Source: an uncultured bacterium (GTDB lineage Bacteria > Verrucomicrobiota > Kiritimatiellia > RFP12 > UBA1067). Taken from it: 64,000 nucleotides of DNA. The stretch lies in contig CADCCQ010000009.1 in assembly GCA_902799955.1 (NCBI GenBank), positions 3,066-67,065 on the forward strand, in the 5' to 3' direction. Below are positions 21,635-32,600 of the stretch, piece by piece (position 1 is the first letter of the stretch; each line of letters starts with the position of its first letter). The notes under the pieces are model-generated. The model had not been told where the DNA came from, searched no databases, and worked only from the letters and a program-made list of their open reading frames with translations. Both the position numbers and the translations under genes were made by a program.

Positions 21635-23551
21635 ATGGCTATCGTATTTACACTTGCCGGTGTTGTCTTGTGTTGTTTTGTTGTCATGCGCCGCAAATGG
21701 ATGATTGTCACGGGGGTCGCGATCTTCGCATTGGGGTTCGCAATCTATGCGAGCCCGCATTTTTTCGGATGCCGGAGCGGAGGTAGCGGTCTTTTGGGGT
21801 CGTTCAGCAAGTCGTTGTCCGCCTTCTATCCATCCAGAGGCGGATTTGAGGAAGGCTTTGAGGCGTCTTCGTGGTATTGGGCTTTTCATGTGCTTGCAAT
21901 CTTCTACATAACGGTGCTTCTTGTGGCGTTGTTCGGCAGAGAGATGCTGAACAGACTGTCCATTGTCGTCCGCATGTTGCGAAAACGTCCTCTTAACGTC
22001 TTTTGGGGTTACGGCGAAGAGGCCAAGACAATTGCCCAGGGCATAAGCGACGGCAAGGACAGCGTCGTGTTCGTCATGCCGGAGTCCAAGCGCTTGTGGA
22101 CAGGGTTGAACGACGAAGACGACATCCATGCGGTGGCCAAGGCCGGATGGAAGTGGATCACCGGCAAGTCAAGCGCAAGGAGAAGCCTGATTCGCGCCAA
22201 GCGCCATTTCTTCATGGGAGGCGACGGACATCAGAACGTCGCGGACGCGGAGGCGCTGGTCAGGTCTTATGTTGGACGGGAAAAGATCGATGTCTATGTG
22301 CGAATCGCGGCGACGGCCGACGATGACGTGCTCTACAAGTGGGCCGACAAGTGGAACATGTCCGAAGACAAGAACGTCGAGATCGTCATAGTCCGGGAAG
22401 AGTCTCTGGTTTCAAGGCGTTTCCTCCTCGACAATCCCATGTGGCAGTGCAGGGGCGTGGAGATCGACACCAGGAGTGCGACTGTCGAGGGCGAATTCAA
22501 GGTTTTGCTCCTTGGCTTTGGCTCTCAGGGCAAGATTCTGCTGAACGACATGATATGCGATTCGCAGTTCCTGACGTCCAGCGGGACTCCCGTCCGCTTC
22601 ATGGCGCACGTCTTCGATCGCGACTGCGCGTCATTTGGCGCATACGAGGAGATATGCGGCGAGGCGGTCAAACGGTACAACATCACATTTGACTGCCTTG
22701 ACGTCGGGTCGGCGAGATTCTGGCGACGGTTTTCCGACGAGATGGCGAAGGGTCCGTACAGCAGGGTGGTCATCTGCCTTCGCGACGACCGCGAAAACAT
22801 TCGCATCGCAAACGACGTGGCGAGGGTGTTCCGGGAACGCGGGCTGAATCCGGGCTGCACGGTTTTCGCGAGGGTTCGTGACTCGCTGGTTGACGCCTAC
22901 ATCCGCTCCACCTTCCACGGCAACGAGAGCGGGCGCAGGTTTACGTCGTTCGGGGCGATGGGTGACACCTATTCATTTGCGAACATCGTCACGCGCAAGT
23001 GGGAGAAGGGGGCAATATGGATAAACGGCGACTACAGCCTGAAGCCCGATTCCCCCCACGACGAGAGGGCGGACGAGGTCAATTGGAAGAGGGCTTCGTT
23101 CTTCAACAAGGAGTCGTCGCGGGCGTCGTTCTTCTTCCAGAGAAATCTGCTTCGCCTCATCGGATACCGTGTCGACGAAACGTGTGACGACAACAACTGC
23201 TTCAACGACAGGGATCCGATGAATCACCTCGACATCCTTGCCGAGGACGAACATTTGCGATGGATGGCATACCATTTTGTGCGGGGCGTCAAGACGTGGA
23301 TCCCTACTCCGCAGGAGATCGAGGAGAAGCTGGCGCGGACGGGCAAGGCGGTCAAGCACAATGCCATTGACGACATAAACGCGCATGCTGATCTTGTCGA
23401 TTACGACGCACTGCCAGGGGTTGACGCGCTTTTCGATCCCATAAACGAGCGATATGGGTACAAGAAGGACAAGGACACGCAGGAAAAGGACAAGGGCTTC
23501 ATCCGCAGCGAGGCGATGAGGCGCTCAGGACTTGGCATCAGAAGAATATAG
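21635..23551 (+). CDS. Membrane protein with Rossmann-like (TrkA-N-like) regions and a C-terminal RyR-like module
   Basis: There are three to four N-terminal TM helices and a glycine-rich dinucleotide-fold-like motif (KVLLLGFGSQGKILLND). The C-terminal AEDEHLRWMAYHFVRGVKTW...HADLVDYDALP resembles the RyR-domain pattern (HxxW...GW...L.PY..LP). Confidence 0.35.
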   Translation: MAIVFTLAGVVLCCFVVMRRKWMIVTGVAIFALGFAIYASPHFFGCRSGGSGLLGSFSKSLSAFYPSRGGFEEGFEASSWYWAFHVLAIFYITVLLVALFGREMLNRLSIVVRMLRKRPLNVFWGYGEEAKTIAQGISDGKDSVVFVMPESKRLWTGLNDEDDIHAVAKAGWKWITGKSSARRSLIRAKRHFFMGGDGHQNVADAEALVRSYVGREKIDVYVRIAATADDDVLYKWADKWNMSEDKNVEIVIVREESLVSRRFLLDNPMWQCRGVEIDTRSATVEGEFKVLLLGFGSQGKILLNDMICDSQFLTSSGTPVRFMAHVFDRDCASFGAYEEICGEAVKRYNITFDCLDVGSARFWRRFSDEMAKGPYSRVVICLRDDRENIRIANDVARVFRERGLNPGCTVFARVRDSLVDAYIRSTFHGNESGRRFTSFGAMGDTYSFANIVTRKWEKGAIWINGDYSLKPDSPHDERADEVNWKRASFFNKESSRASFFFQRNLLRLIGYRVDETCDDNNCFNDRDPMNHLDILAEDEHLRWMAYHFVRGVKTWIPTPQEIEEKLARTGKAVKHNAIDDINAHADLVDYDALPGVDALFDPINERYGYKKDKDTQEKDKGFIRSEAMRRSGLGIRRI

Positions 23552-23573
23552 AAAGAACAAAAGGAGGTAAGCA

Positions 23574-24659
23574 ATGAAAAGAACGTCAATTGCAGTTGCC
23601 GCGCTGTGCGGCATGGGAATGGCGGCGCTGGCGGGGACGGCGAGGCCGATGGTCGAGGTTGCCCGCGTGGGGACCTGCCAGGATGTGCTGGAGAAGAACC
23701 TTCCGGGGCGCGCCATGGCCGTCGCGAACGTGGACGTGTTCCCGAATGTCGCCGGAACCGTGGTCGAGGCCGCGCTGCGCAACGGCGCACCGGTCAAGAA
23801 GGGGGATCTGCTCTACCGCATTGACGACTCCGGCTTCAAGGTCAAACTTCAAATCGCCGAGGCCAGGGCCGAGGGATGCCGCGTCAAGCTGGCAGCCGCG
23901 AAGAAGGGCTATGAACGCCGCCAGAAACTTGGCGGCGGCGGCATAAGCCAGGAGGCGCTGGAGAACGCCAAGAGCTCGATGGATGCCGCCCAAGCCGAAA
24001 TGAAGGCCGTCGAGGCCGACCTGGCCCTGGCCAAAGGAGATCTCGCCGGGTGTCGGATTGTCGCGCCCATAGACGGAACCGTCGCCAGGGTGCTAAAGGG
24101 CGTCGGTGACCGCGTCCGCGGTGAGACGGTGATGGCTTCAATTGTCAAGCTCTCGCCGATACTTGTTCGCTTCTCGCTTTCCGAGGGGGAGTATCTTCGC
24201 ATGTTCGGCGGCAAGGACTCTGTCGCAAGTTCCAATGCAGTTGTCAGCCTGACGTTGTCGGATGGTTCGGCATTCCCGGAGGAAGGCCGGTTTGAGCGTG
24301 CCGAGAAGTTTGTCGACGCGGCATCTGATTCTCTGCAGCTGTATGCCCAGTTCCCAAACCTGGAAGGGGTTCTCAGGCCTGGCGCATTTGTGTCCGTGAC
24401 GTTGAAGGACAGGCGTCCGATAGTGCGTCGCGTCATCCCGGCGTCGGCCGTCGCCTGGGACGCGAAAGGCCCGTTCGTATGGGTCGTGGATTCCGAGAAC
24501 GTGGTTTCGCGTCGTCCCGTCGAATGCGGGCGCATCGACGGCGGCAGCCGCCATGTCATGGGCGGGCTCGAGGAAGGTGAACGCGTGGTCGTGAGCGGGG
24601 TGCACAAACTCGCTTCCGGCATGAAGGTGGACGTGGCGAACGAGGGGGCTGCGAAATGA
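23574..24659 (+). CDS. RND efflux periplasmic adaptor (membrane fusion protein)
   Basis: Strong RBS (aaaggagg) and a lipoprotein-like signal. HlyD/AcrA-type blocks include GDLLYRIDDSGFKVKLQIAEA, IVAPIDGTVARV and a coiled-coil hairpin. Confidence 0.8.
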   Translation: MKRTSIAVAALCGMGMAALAGTARPMVEVARVGTCQDVLEKNLPGRAMAVANVDVFPNVAGTVVEAALRNGAPVKKGDLLYRIDDSGFKVKLQIAEARAEGCRVKLAAAKKGYERRQKLGGGGISQEALENAKSSMDAAQAEMKAVEADLALAKGDLAGCRIVAPIDGTVARVLKGVGDRVRGETVMASIVKLSPILVRFSLSEGEYLRMFGGKDSVASSNAVVSLTLSDGSAFPEEGRFERAEKFVDAASDSLQLYAQFPNLEGVLRPGAFVSVTLKDRRPIVRRVIPASAVAWDAKGPFVWVVDSENVVSRRPVECGRIDGGSRHVMGGLEEGERVVVSGVHKLASGMKVDVANEGAAK

Positions 24660-27600
24660 TCGCCCGTGGAATAGTTCGCCATCCTCGCGTGACGTTCGCG
24701 TTGACGGCGCTTGCCGTGGCCGTCGGATTGTTCTGCATGCGGCGCCTCCCGTTGGAGGTGTTTCCGGACGTCGCACCGCCGACATTTCAGCTTGTCGTAC
24801 ACGCCGACGGACTTGACGCCGTCGGGGCGAGTCGTTCCGTGGCGGCGCCGATTGAAGAGGCGTTTGCGGACGTTCCCGGCGTGCTTTACCATTCGTCGTC
24901 GTGCACGGACGACGGCATTTGCCGATGTGACGTGACCTTCCGGTCTGACGTTTCACAGGAGACCGCGCAGTCCCGGATCAAGGAACTGGTCCGCCGCATA
25001 GAGGGCAAGCTGCCTGCGTCTGCAGCCTCGCGGGGAGTCGAGATTGTGCAGGGGCTGAACGACACTGTCGCGCTTTATGCGTTTTCCTCCAGCCGTGGTG
25101 CTGTTCCAAGAGGCTTCGTCTCCGGTGCGTTGAAGTCTCGTCTTCTCGGCGTCGACGGCGTTGGGAGGGTGGAGGTCAGCGGCGAGCGCCGCCGGACTGT
25201 TCGGATTGTGCTGGATACCGTAAAGCTCTCCGGGCTGCGCATATCGCTTTCGAATGTCGCCACGAAACTCAGCGCCTGCCGTGGCAGGGGGGAGCGGCTG
25301 AGGGAGGAGAAGGGTGACATCGTCATCGAGGGGCTTGTCAACACACTTGGGGACTTCGGCGGCGTAGTTATATACGAAGACGCCAACACTGGCGGACGCG
25401 TTCTGCTGAAGGACATTTCGCGCATTGAGGTGTATGACTCGCCTGTTGACGGAAGGGGTCTTGACGGGCGGGAGGTTGTGATGATGCGCGTCCGCAAACG
25501 CGCCGGATCCAATGCGTCCGATACCGCAGTCCGCGTAAAGGGGCTCATGGAGGGTCTTGCCAAGGATTTCCCCGAGGGCGTCACCTGCGAACTGGTGACG
25601 GACGCGGCGTCTGGGGCGCGTACGTTCCTGCACGACATGGCGATCACGCCTTTGCTGGCGCTCTTGCTTGTCGGTGTTGTGTTGTTGGCATTCTGGCGCA
25701 GCTTCAAGCTGGCTGTGATACCTTTGATGGTCGCCGTCGTTTCCATTGTCTCCTCGTTCGTCCTGCAATGGTGGTTCGCATTCACGTTCAATGCCCTGAC
25801 TGTGTTTGGGTTTGTCCTTGTCATAGGGTCTCTCGTCGACACCGCGCTTATCGTGATTGAGCGGGCACGTATCGGCATGGCGTCAGGCGGCCAGCCGCCG
25901 CGCCAGGCGATGGAGGACGCCGTGCGCAGCTCCTTCGGTGTCATGTTTGCGTCGACCATCCTTGTGGCGGTTTGCTACATCCCCCTGTTCTTCTGCGGGG
26001 GCGTGGCATCGCGTCTGCACCTTCAATTCGCGTTCACGGCGTGCATGGCGCTTGCGCTGTCCGCAGTGTTTGCGCTTACGCTTGCGCCTGTCGTGTTTGC
26101 TCTTTTCGTCCGGGAGCCCTGCAAAGGAGGTCCGTCCAGAGGTTTCAGCCTGATGTTCCCGCTGCGTGGCTGGGAACGCCTGTACCTGTCTGTCGCGGGG
26201 TGGTTCGTCAGGCATCCCGTGTTTGCCTGCGTCGTCGTCATGGCCGGGCTTTGCTGTTTCCTGCCGTTGAAGTCGATCCTGCCCAAGGTTCTTTTCGGGA
26301 AGGACATGATCGACCGGGCGGTGGTCGAGGTCGTGCTTCCGCCTGAGTGTGGCGGCGACAAGGTCGAGCATGTCTGCGCGGAGGCATCTGCGGCGTTGAA
26401 GGACATGCCGGACCTGAAGCGCGTCATGTTCTCCGTCGGCGAGGGCGAGCTGCAGGGGAACTGCGGAAACTGCGGGAGGCTGTCAGTGGAGTTCAACCAG
26501 CGCCTCAGACCGGCCAGGGCCAATGCGGTCCTGTCGGAGATAAGAGAGCGGCTTTCGTCAATTCGCGATGCGCGGATAGGCGTGTTTGTGCCTTCCTCCG
26601 TCCGCGGAATCGGACGCTTCGACGGACTGGAGTTCAGTCTTTGCCGCCATGGCGGCGCGGCCGACGGATTGTCGGATGCCGCGCGTGCCTTTGCCGCGCA
26701 GATAGAGGGTCTTGACGGCGTGTTGAGCGTCGAATACGCGCCGGCGATGTTCAGGCGCCAGGCCAAGGTGACGTTTGACCATGCCAAGGTCGCGGCCTTT
26801 GGCGTCGCGCCTACAGCAGGGGAGGCTGCTATCCAGGAGGCCGTAATGCCCAAGAGGCTGCCGGCCTTCGGCCTTGCGGACGGTCCCTGCGATGTCATGC
26901 TCGTGAAGTCGGGCGGCGCGGTGGAGATGGATGTCTTGGAGAAGATCCAGCTTCGGGCGGCGGGCGACGCGCTTGTGCCCCTTGCCGCGCTTGGCAAGGT
27001 CAGCATGAAGCCCGTACCCCTTGTGGCCACTCATTTCAACGGCGTGGATTCGGTCGCCTTCGTCGTGAGGCTTGCGCCGGGCGCGTCGCCGGAAAGGCTT
27101 GTGCAGGCCATTGGCGACATTCAGCCGCCGGACGGGTGCACAGTTGCCTGGAGCGGAGTCGCCGTGCAGGAGAACGTCAATCGCGGGGGGACGCGCATTC
27201 TGGTCGGCATTGCCCTTTTCGCGATATATCTGCTGCTTGCGGCGTGGTATGAATCGTGGACGCTCCCCATCCCCGTCGTCGGCGCGGCGCTGGTGGCGAT
27301 TCTGGGCTCTCTGCTCGGCCTCCTTGTCACGGGCGCACCTCTGAACATATATGCCCAGGTCGCACTTGTCGTGGTCGTAGGAGTTGTCGTCAAGCTGGCC
27401 GTGTTGATAGTCGGTTCCGCGCGCAACAGGTTCGCGGAGGGGAAATCCGCAGTGGAGGCCGCGTCGGAAAGCATGCGGCGGACGTTCCTCCCGGTGCAGA
27501 TGGCCGCATGGACGTCGCTTGCCGGATGTGTGCCGTTGCTGTTTGCCGTCGGGTTGGGCACGAGCGAGCAGTTCGTGCTTGGTGTCGTCGCCGTCTTCGG

Positions 27601-27742
27601 CATATCCGCCACGATCTTCATCGGGCTGGTTCTCCTTCCCGCGCTGTATGTCGCGGCGGAGTACCTTGATGGGAAGATCGGCGCCGCGCCCCTTCGCATC
27701 CGCAGCCGCCGTCCGCGTGGGGGAAATCAAAGGAAACAGTAA
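24656..27742 (+). CDS. RND efflux permease (AcrB/HAE family)
   Basis: 1028 aa with a 12-TM layout and two large periplasmic loops. Its start overlaps the adaptor gene by 4 nt. Confidence 0.8.
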   Translation: MIARGIVRHPRVTFALTALAVAVGLFCMRRLPLEVFPDVAPPTFQLVVHADGLDAVGASRSVAAPIEEAFADVPGVLYHSSSCTDDGICRCDVTFRSDVSQETAQSRIKELVRRIEGKLPASAASRGVEIVQGLNDTVALYAFSSSRGAVPRGFVSGALKSRLLGVDGVGRVEVSGERRRTVRIVLDTVKLSGLRISLSNVATKLSACRGRGERLREEKGDIVIEGLVNTLGDFGGVVIYEDANTGGRVLLKDISRIEVYDSPVDGRGLDGREVVMMRVRKRAGSNASDTAVRVKGLMEGLAKDFPEGVTCELVTDAASGARTFLHDMAITPLLALLLVGVVLLAFWRSFKLAVIPLMVAVVSIVSSFVLQWWFAFTFNALTVFGFVLVIGSLVDTALIVIERARIGMASGGQPPRQAMEDAVRSSFGVMFASTILVAVCYIPLFFCGGVASRLHLQFAFTACMALALSAVFALTLAPVVFALFVREPCKGGPSRGFSLMFPLRGWERLYLSVAGWFVRHPVFACVVVMAGLCCFLPLKSILPKVLFGKDMIDRAVVEVVLPPECGGDKVEHVCAEASAALKDMPDLKRVMFSVGEGELQGNCGNCGRLSVEFNQRLRPARANAVLSEIRERLSSIRDARIGVFVPSSVRGIGRFDGLEFSLCRHGGAADGLSDAARAFAAQIEGLDGVLSVEYAPAMFRRQAKVTFDHAKVAAFGVAPTAGEAAIQEAVMPKRLPAFGLADGPCDVMLVKSGGAVEMDVLEKIQLRAAGDALVPLAALGKVSMKPVPLVATHFNGVDSVAFVVRLAPGASPERLVQAIGDIQPPDGCTVAWSGVAVQENVNRGGTRILVGIALFAIYLLLAAWYESWTLPIPVVGAALVAILGSLLGLLVTGAPLNIYAQVALVVVVGVVVKLAVLIVGSARNRFAEGKSAVEAASESMRRTFLPVQMAAWTSLAGCVPLLFAVGLGTSEQFVLGVVAVFGISATIFIGLVLLPALYVAAEYLDGKIGAAPLRIRSRRPRGGNQRKQ

Positions 27743-27768
27743 ACGAGAATGTAAAGGAGGCACAGCAT

Positions 27769-29652
27769 ATGTCCTTCGACAAACCAGGCAAGCGGGAGCC
27801 TAAGAAAACCGGAATGCCGCATTTCCCGTTGTTTTACGCAGCCGTCGGGATGTGTGCGCTCCTCTCCGTATTGGCTGACGGACAGTTGGAGCCGATGGCG
27901 GGAACTGGCGGAGTGATTCGTGACGCAGAACGTCGGGCCTTGGCCAAGCCCAAGCCTGTAAAGACAGACAAAGCCGTTCCCGACATCAAGCCAGATCCCG
28001 CCAAGGTGCCGTCTACGACCCAGAAGGACGTCGAGGGCAAGGTCGTAGGGCCTATCTCGAATGTGAGGGTATTCGGGTCGACGGCGTTTGCCGAGAAAGA
28101 GGGGGTCGCAGGATTGATGCTGGACGGGCTCGGGTCTGATGGCGACAAGACGGTCGGCGACATATTGAAGGCACTGCAGAAAGTCAGGGCCAGGCTTCTG
28201 GAGCGCGGCTTCTATCTGGTCCGGCTTTCGCTGGCGAGATCCGGCACATACGACAAAGACGGAAAGACGCTTTCCATTCTTGTCGATGAAGGGCGCTTCG
28301 GCAAGGTCAACATCAAGTTCGAGGGAAAGGAAGAGGGAACGTGGTTTTCCAGCGGCCAGATTGCCAGAAGGTTTAAAGACTTGGTGGAAGGCGAGACGTT
28401 CGACTACCGTCGGGTTCGCAATGCCCTTTTCGAAGCGAACTCCCATCCAGACCTTGTCATTGACACGTCAATCGACGTTCGCAAGCCGATTGAAGGCGAA
28501 GGGAACGACAGGCGCGTAGCCCGTTACGCAGACTTGAATCTCGACGTGCACGAGTCGTTGCCGTTTCATCTTCTGTGGTCAATCGACAACTATGGCCTAA
28601 AGGACGTGAACGAATGGCAGACGTCGTTGACCGCGCAGTATCTCAACCTCACAAAACACGACGACGTGCTGACGTTCTCGCCGGCCATGAGCCTTGGCGC
28701 GGAGTTGTTCAGTTGTGCGGCATCCTACATGCTTCCGCACGAATACTGGCTTGGGGGCAACACGACGATCTATGGCGGATGGTCTCGCGTAGATGTCGAC
28801 GACATCATCCCGACGCTAGACCTGGAGGGAACAGGTTACTTCCTGGGTCTTCAACATTCCGAGAACCTGTACAACACCGACAGCCACCAGTTTGCGCTTT
28901 CGGCCGGATTGCTGTGGCGCTATATTGAAGACCAGTACACCGTTTCGCACCGTTCGCTCAACGAACGCGGTGCGCACATCCTTCCTCTCACGCTCGCCCT
29001 GAGTTACACCGGCAAGAAGCCCGACATCCTTGGCGGACGCAATTTCGCAACGCTTCAGGGCGTGTACAACGTCATGAACGCCGGCGACGACCTTGAGCAG
29101 ATGTGGAACGGCGCGGACGAGAACTACTGGATTTTCCGCTGGCAGCTGGCCAGGCTCCAGCCGATCTTCGGGAGCACAGACGCCACGACGGAGCAGACGC
29201 TTCACAACTGGCAGCTTTTTGTGAAAGTCGAGGGGCAGTACACTGACGAGACGCTTATCCCCACAGAGAAGCTGATGCTGGGCGGGCATAACTGCCTGCG
29301 CGGCTATCGTACTCGCGGCTATGTCGGCGACTATGGCGTATACGGAACATTCGAGCTGCGTACACCGTTGCTGGTGGACAGTTTTGCCTCGCTTTTCGGC
29401 GACCGCAAGGACAAGGTGGCTTTCGACCGGGTACAGTTCCTGGCCTTCTGCGACTGGGGTGTGGCGCGGTATAACGACTTGCCGTCCGGTTATGACGACA
29501 ACGAGTTCCTGCTCTCGGCGGGCGTTGGCGTCCGCCTTGCCATAACCAAGTATTCCCAGCTCAGGTGCGACGTTGCATTCCCTTGTGTGGACGGTAACAA
29601 CGAAGACGATCGCGACATGGAGGTGTACTTGGCCGTCCAGTTCCAGTTCTGA
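27769..29652 (+). CDS. Two-partner secretion outer-membrane transporter (ShlB/FhaC/HecB family, TpsB)
   Basis: POTRA-like N-terminal part. The C-terminal barrel carries the family motif LMLGGHNCLRGYRTRGY and ends in an aromatic residue (QFQF). Confidence 0.8.
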   Translation: MSFDKPGKREPKKTGMPHFPLFYAAVGMCALLSVLADGQLEPMAGTGGVIRDAERRALAKPKPVKTDKAVPDIKPDPAKVPSTTQKDVEGKVVGPISNVRVFGSTAFAEKEGVAGLMLDGLGSDGDKTVGDILKALQKVRARLLERGFYLVRLSLARSGTYDKDGKTLSILVDEGRFGKVNIKFEGKEEGTWFSSGQIARRFKDLVEGETFDYRRVRNALFEANSHPDLVIDTSIDVRKPIEGEGNDRRVARYADLNLDVHESLPFHLLWSIDNYGLKDVNEWQTSLTAQYLNLTKHDDVLTFSPAMSLGAELFSCAASYMLPHEYWLGGNTTIYGGWSRVDVDDIIPTLDLEGTGYFLGLQHSENLYNTDSHQFALSAGLLWRYIEDQYTVSHRSLNERGAHILPLTLALSYTGKKPDILGGRNFATLQGVYNVMNAGDDLEQMWNGADENYWIFRWQLARLQPIFGSTDATTEQTLHNWQLFVKVEGQYTDETLIPTEKLMLGGHNCLRGYRTRGYVGDYGVYGTFELRTPLLVDSFASLFGDRKDKVAFDRVQFLAFCDWGVARYNDLPSGYDDNEFLLSAGVGVRLAITKYSQLRCDVAFPCVDGNNEDDRDMEVYLAVQFQF

Positions 29653-29679
29653 TGGAGATCTACATAAAGGAGCACCATA

Positions 29680-32600
29680 ATGAAAAACGCCAAAACCCTC
29701 TTCCTGATCCCGTGCATTGCAATAGGCCAAGTGCTGGCTGGCACGTCGTTTCTCAACAACAACGCGGTGCTGTCGCAGGCGACGCGCGCGGCCGTGTCGG
29801 CAAACGGCGACAGCCACGCCATAGCGACGGCGGACCCCAATGCCGCGTCGGCCGTCCTGGACTGGACGAAGTTCAACATCGGCAGCGGACAGCAGATGAC
29901 CTTCAACGGCGGCGGAACGACGTTCTTCAACCTTGTGGATGGCGCGGCCGGCAAGTCGCAGATCGACGGCATCATCAACGGCACGGCGGGGAACGTGTGG
30001 GTAATCAACCCGGCGGGCGTGGCGTTCAGCTCCACGGCGCAGATTGACATCGGCGGGCTTTTCGCCGCGGCGGCGGGCAATATCTCGAACGCCGACGCCC
30101 TCCGCTCCGGTTCGGCGTTGCTTCCCGAGTTCTCGTCGTTCGGGGGGCTTGTGTCGTCTGATGCCGGCGCCACTTTCTCGGCCGATCAGGTCGCGTTCCT
30201 GGGGAAGTCTATCTCCTCCGTCGGTGATTTCGCGGGGGTGAATTCGTTGGTTGTTGGCGCGTCGAGCGGGACGATGACAGTTGACGATGTCGGAGGAGGG
30301 AAGGTGTCGGTCAACATTGGCGACTTTACAGCTGCAGACGCAGAGGTGTCGCTTGGAGATTTGGACGTCGGCGGTTCGCTGTCTGTGAAGTCGGCTGGTG
30401 CAATCGTTTCTACATCTCCCAACGCGTCATCGGCACTGGGCCGGCCGATGCTGCGCACTACTACTACGACAGGGTCGATTATCCAGGCCGGCGACATAGA
30501 TATGATGGCTTACGACAATCTGGAAGTTGACGGCAAGTTGCAGTCTACGGCGGGGAACGTGTCACTGCTTTCGTACGGGAATATCGACGTCAACTCCGAA
30601 GTGGATGCCTACGGCAGTGTTTCGGCTGGGGCGCTTGGCAACATCAACATCTCGGCAGATGTCACGGCTCGAGGCGGAGATTCCGGCATTGGCGGTGTAG
30701 AATTATATGCCTATAATGGCAGTGCCACTGTAAACGAGGGCTCGGCGGTCAATTCCGTTGGAACCGTGAATATCACCGCCGGAATAAGTGCAGGTGCGGA
30801 AGGCAACATAAAGGTTGATGGACTCGTCGAGTCGAAGACTGGAGACGTTGAGCTATATTCTGCGTATGGAAATCACTCAACTGGGGACATAGAGATTAAT
30901 GGAACGGTCAATGGCAATGGTGTCCGAATAGGAAGTGGATTGGCTGACATTGTATATTATGCAGAGACTCGGCAACATGAACCTATGCATGCTTCGTCGG
31001 GTAATGGGAACATAACTGTACGGGGGGCTGTGCAGGGGGTTTCGGATATAGCAATTAATACAAACGAAGGTGACATTAATGTTTGTGTAGGAGGCGAAAT
31101 CAAAACCACGGGGAATCATGCTGCGCTTGATATCTCGGCAGGAGACGGAGTAACCATTTCTGGCAATGTGATAGCGGAAAATTCTGGAGACATTGAAATC
31201 GCCTCCTCGCAAGGCATATTCGAGTATGAGGGTAAGGGCATCACAATTGCATCTACGGGTCGGGTGGACGCAGAAGGGGATTTGACTTTTTATTCGGGGC
31301 TGGATGCTGTCTTCTATTCTAATGGGGACTTGCTAGATTTTTGGGGCCTTGGATATGGTGGAGGTGGGATTGTTGTTGACGGAGTAGTCAAATCAAGAGG
31401 TAATATGAGTATTTATTCCGTAGAAGGTGTAACGGGGAAGGGCTTTTTGGATTCAGGAGCGAGTATATTGAAGGTAGACGGAGGAATGGGCGCTATTAAG
31501 TTCACTGGGCAGATCGCTTCAGGGAATACAACTTTTCTGAGTACAACCTATCTTGACTATGACATTGTCGGCGATGTCAGTGTTCCTAATAGCGATAATG
31601 ATTTTAAAGGGGTTGTAAGCGCGTCGGGGAATAACATCTCAATTGTGGACGGGAATTCGCTTGCATTGGGCAATGTTATTGCGTTTGGGGATGTATTTCT
31701 TCGCTCTGGTGAAGGCATACAAGTTATGGCCGGAACTGTGCTTGCAGAGGGGGATGTTACATTGGCGGCAGGTGGTTCTGTGCTTGAGAATGCCGCCGGA
31801 GTTGTAGAGGCAGGACGGAATCTGGTTGTCACGGCCGAGAATGGGAGAATAGGACTTCTTGGAAGTGTCTCTGCTAACGGGGATGCATCTTTCAATGCCG
31901 ATGGACGAGTTGTCGTTGTTTCGGAGAATGGACTTATATCGTTTGGAGGCATAACGGCAAGAGGTAGCGATGTCGATCTGACGGGGCGTGGTGATGTGAG
32001 TGTTGGAGATGTCGTGGCGACTAGTGGAAATGTCAGACTGTACTGGTCAGAGGGGAATGTTCACATTAAAGAGGGATCAACGGTCAAAACATTGGGAGAT
32101 TCAGCCTCCGTGAATGTTGGCATAGATGTTGGCATTGGATCTGGTGGATTGACAGGTAATGGCGACGTTATAGTGGATGGCAATGTGTCAGCAGAGGGAG
32201 ATGGTGGTCGTGTTAATCTTTTGGCAAGGAATGGTAATGTCGTCGTCAATGGGGGGGTGGATTCTTCTGGCGATATTTATATGATGGCTCATGGCGATGG
32301 CGGGGCTGAGGTCGGTCATGATGCTTTAGTCGCCAGTAGGGAAGGTAAGGTAACGATCAGTTCAGATTCAAAGGCAATGTTTATTGACGGCAAGATTGAG
32401 GGAGAGACAGGGGTTTGGCTGATGACATACTCAGGCGACATAGAAGTTGGCAAATCCGCAACACTTCATTCCAGAGGGCCGGGCGGGGGAATTAACGTTT
32501 ACGCGGCCATGGAAAAAGGAGGGCGTGGTAATGCGATTATTAAGGGTAATCTTATTGCAGATGGCAAGGACGGTTCGGTGGCTGTTGCCACTGCAGGTCA

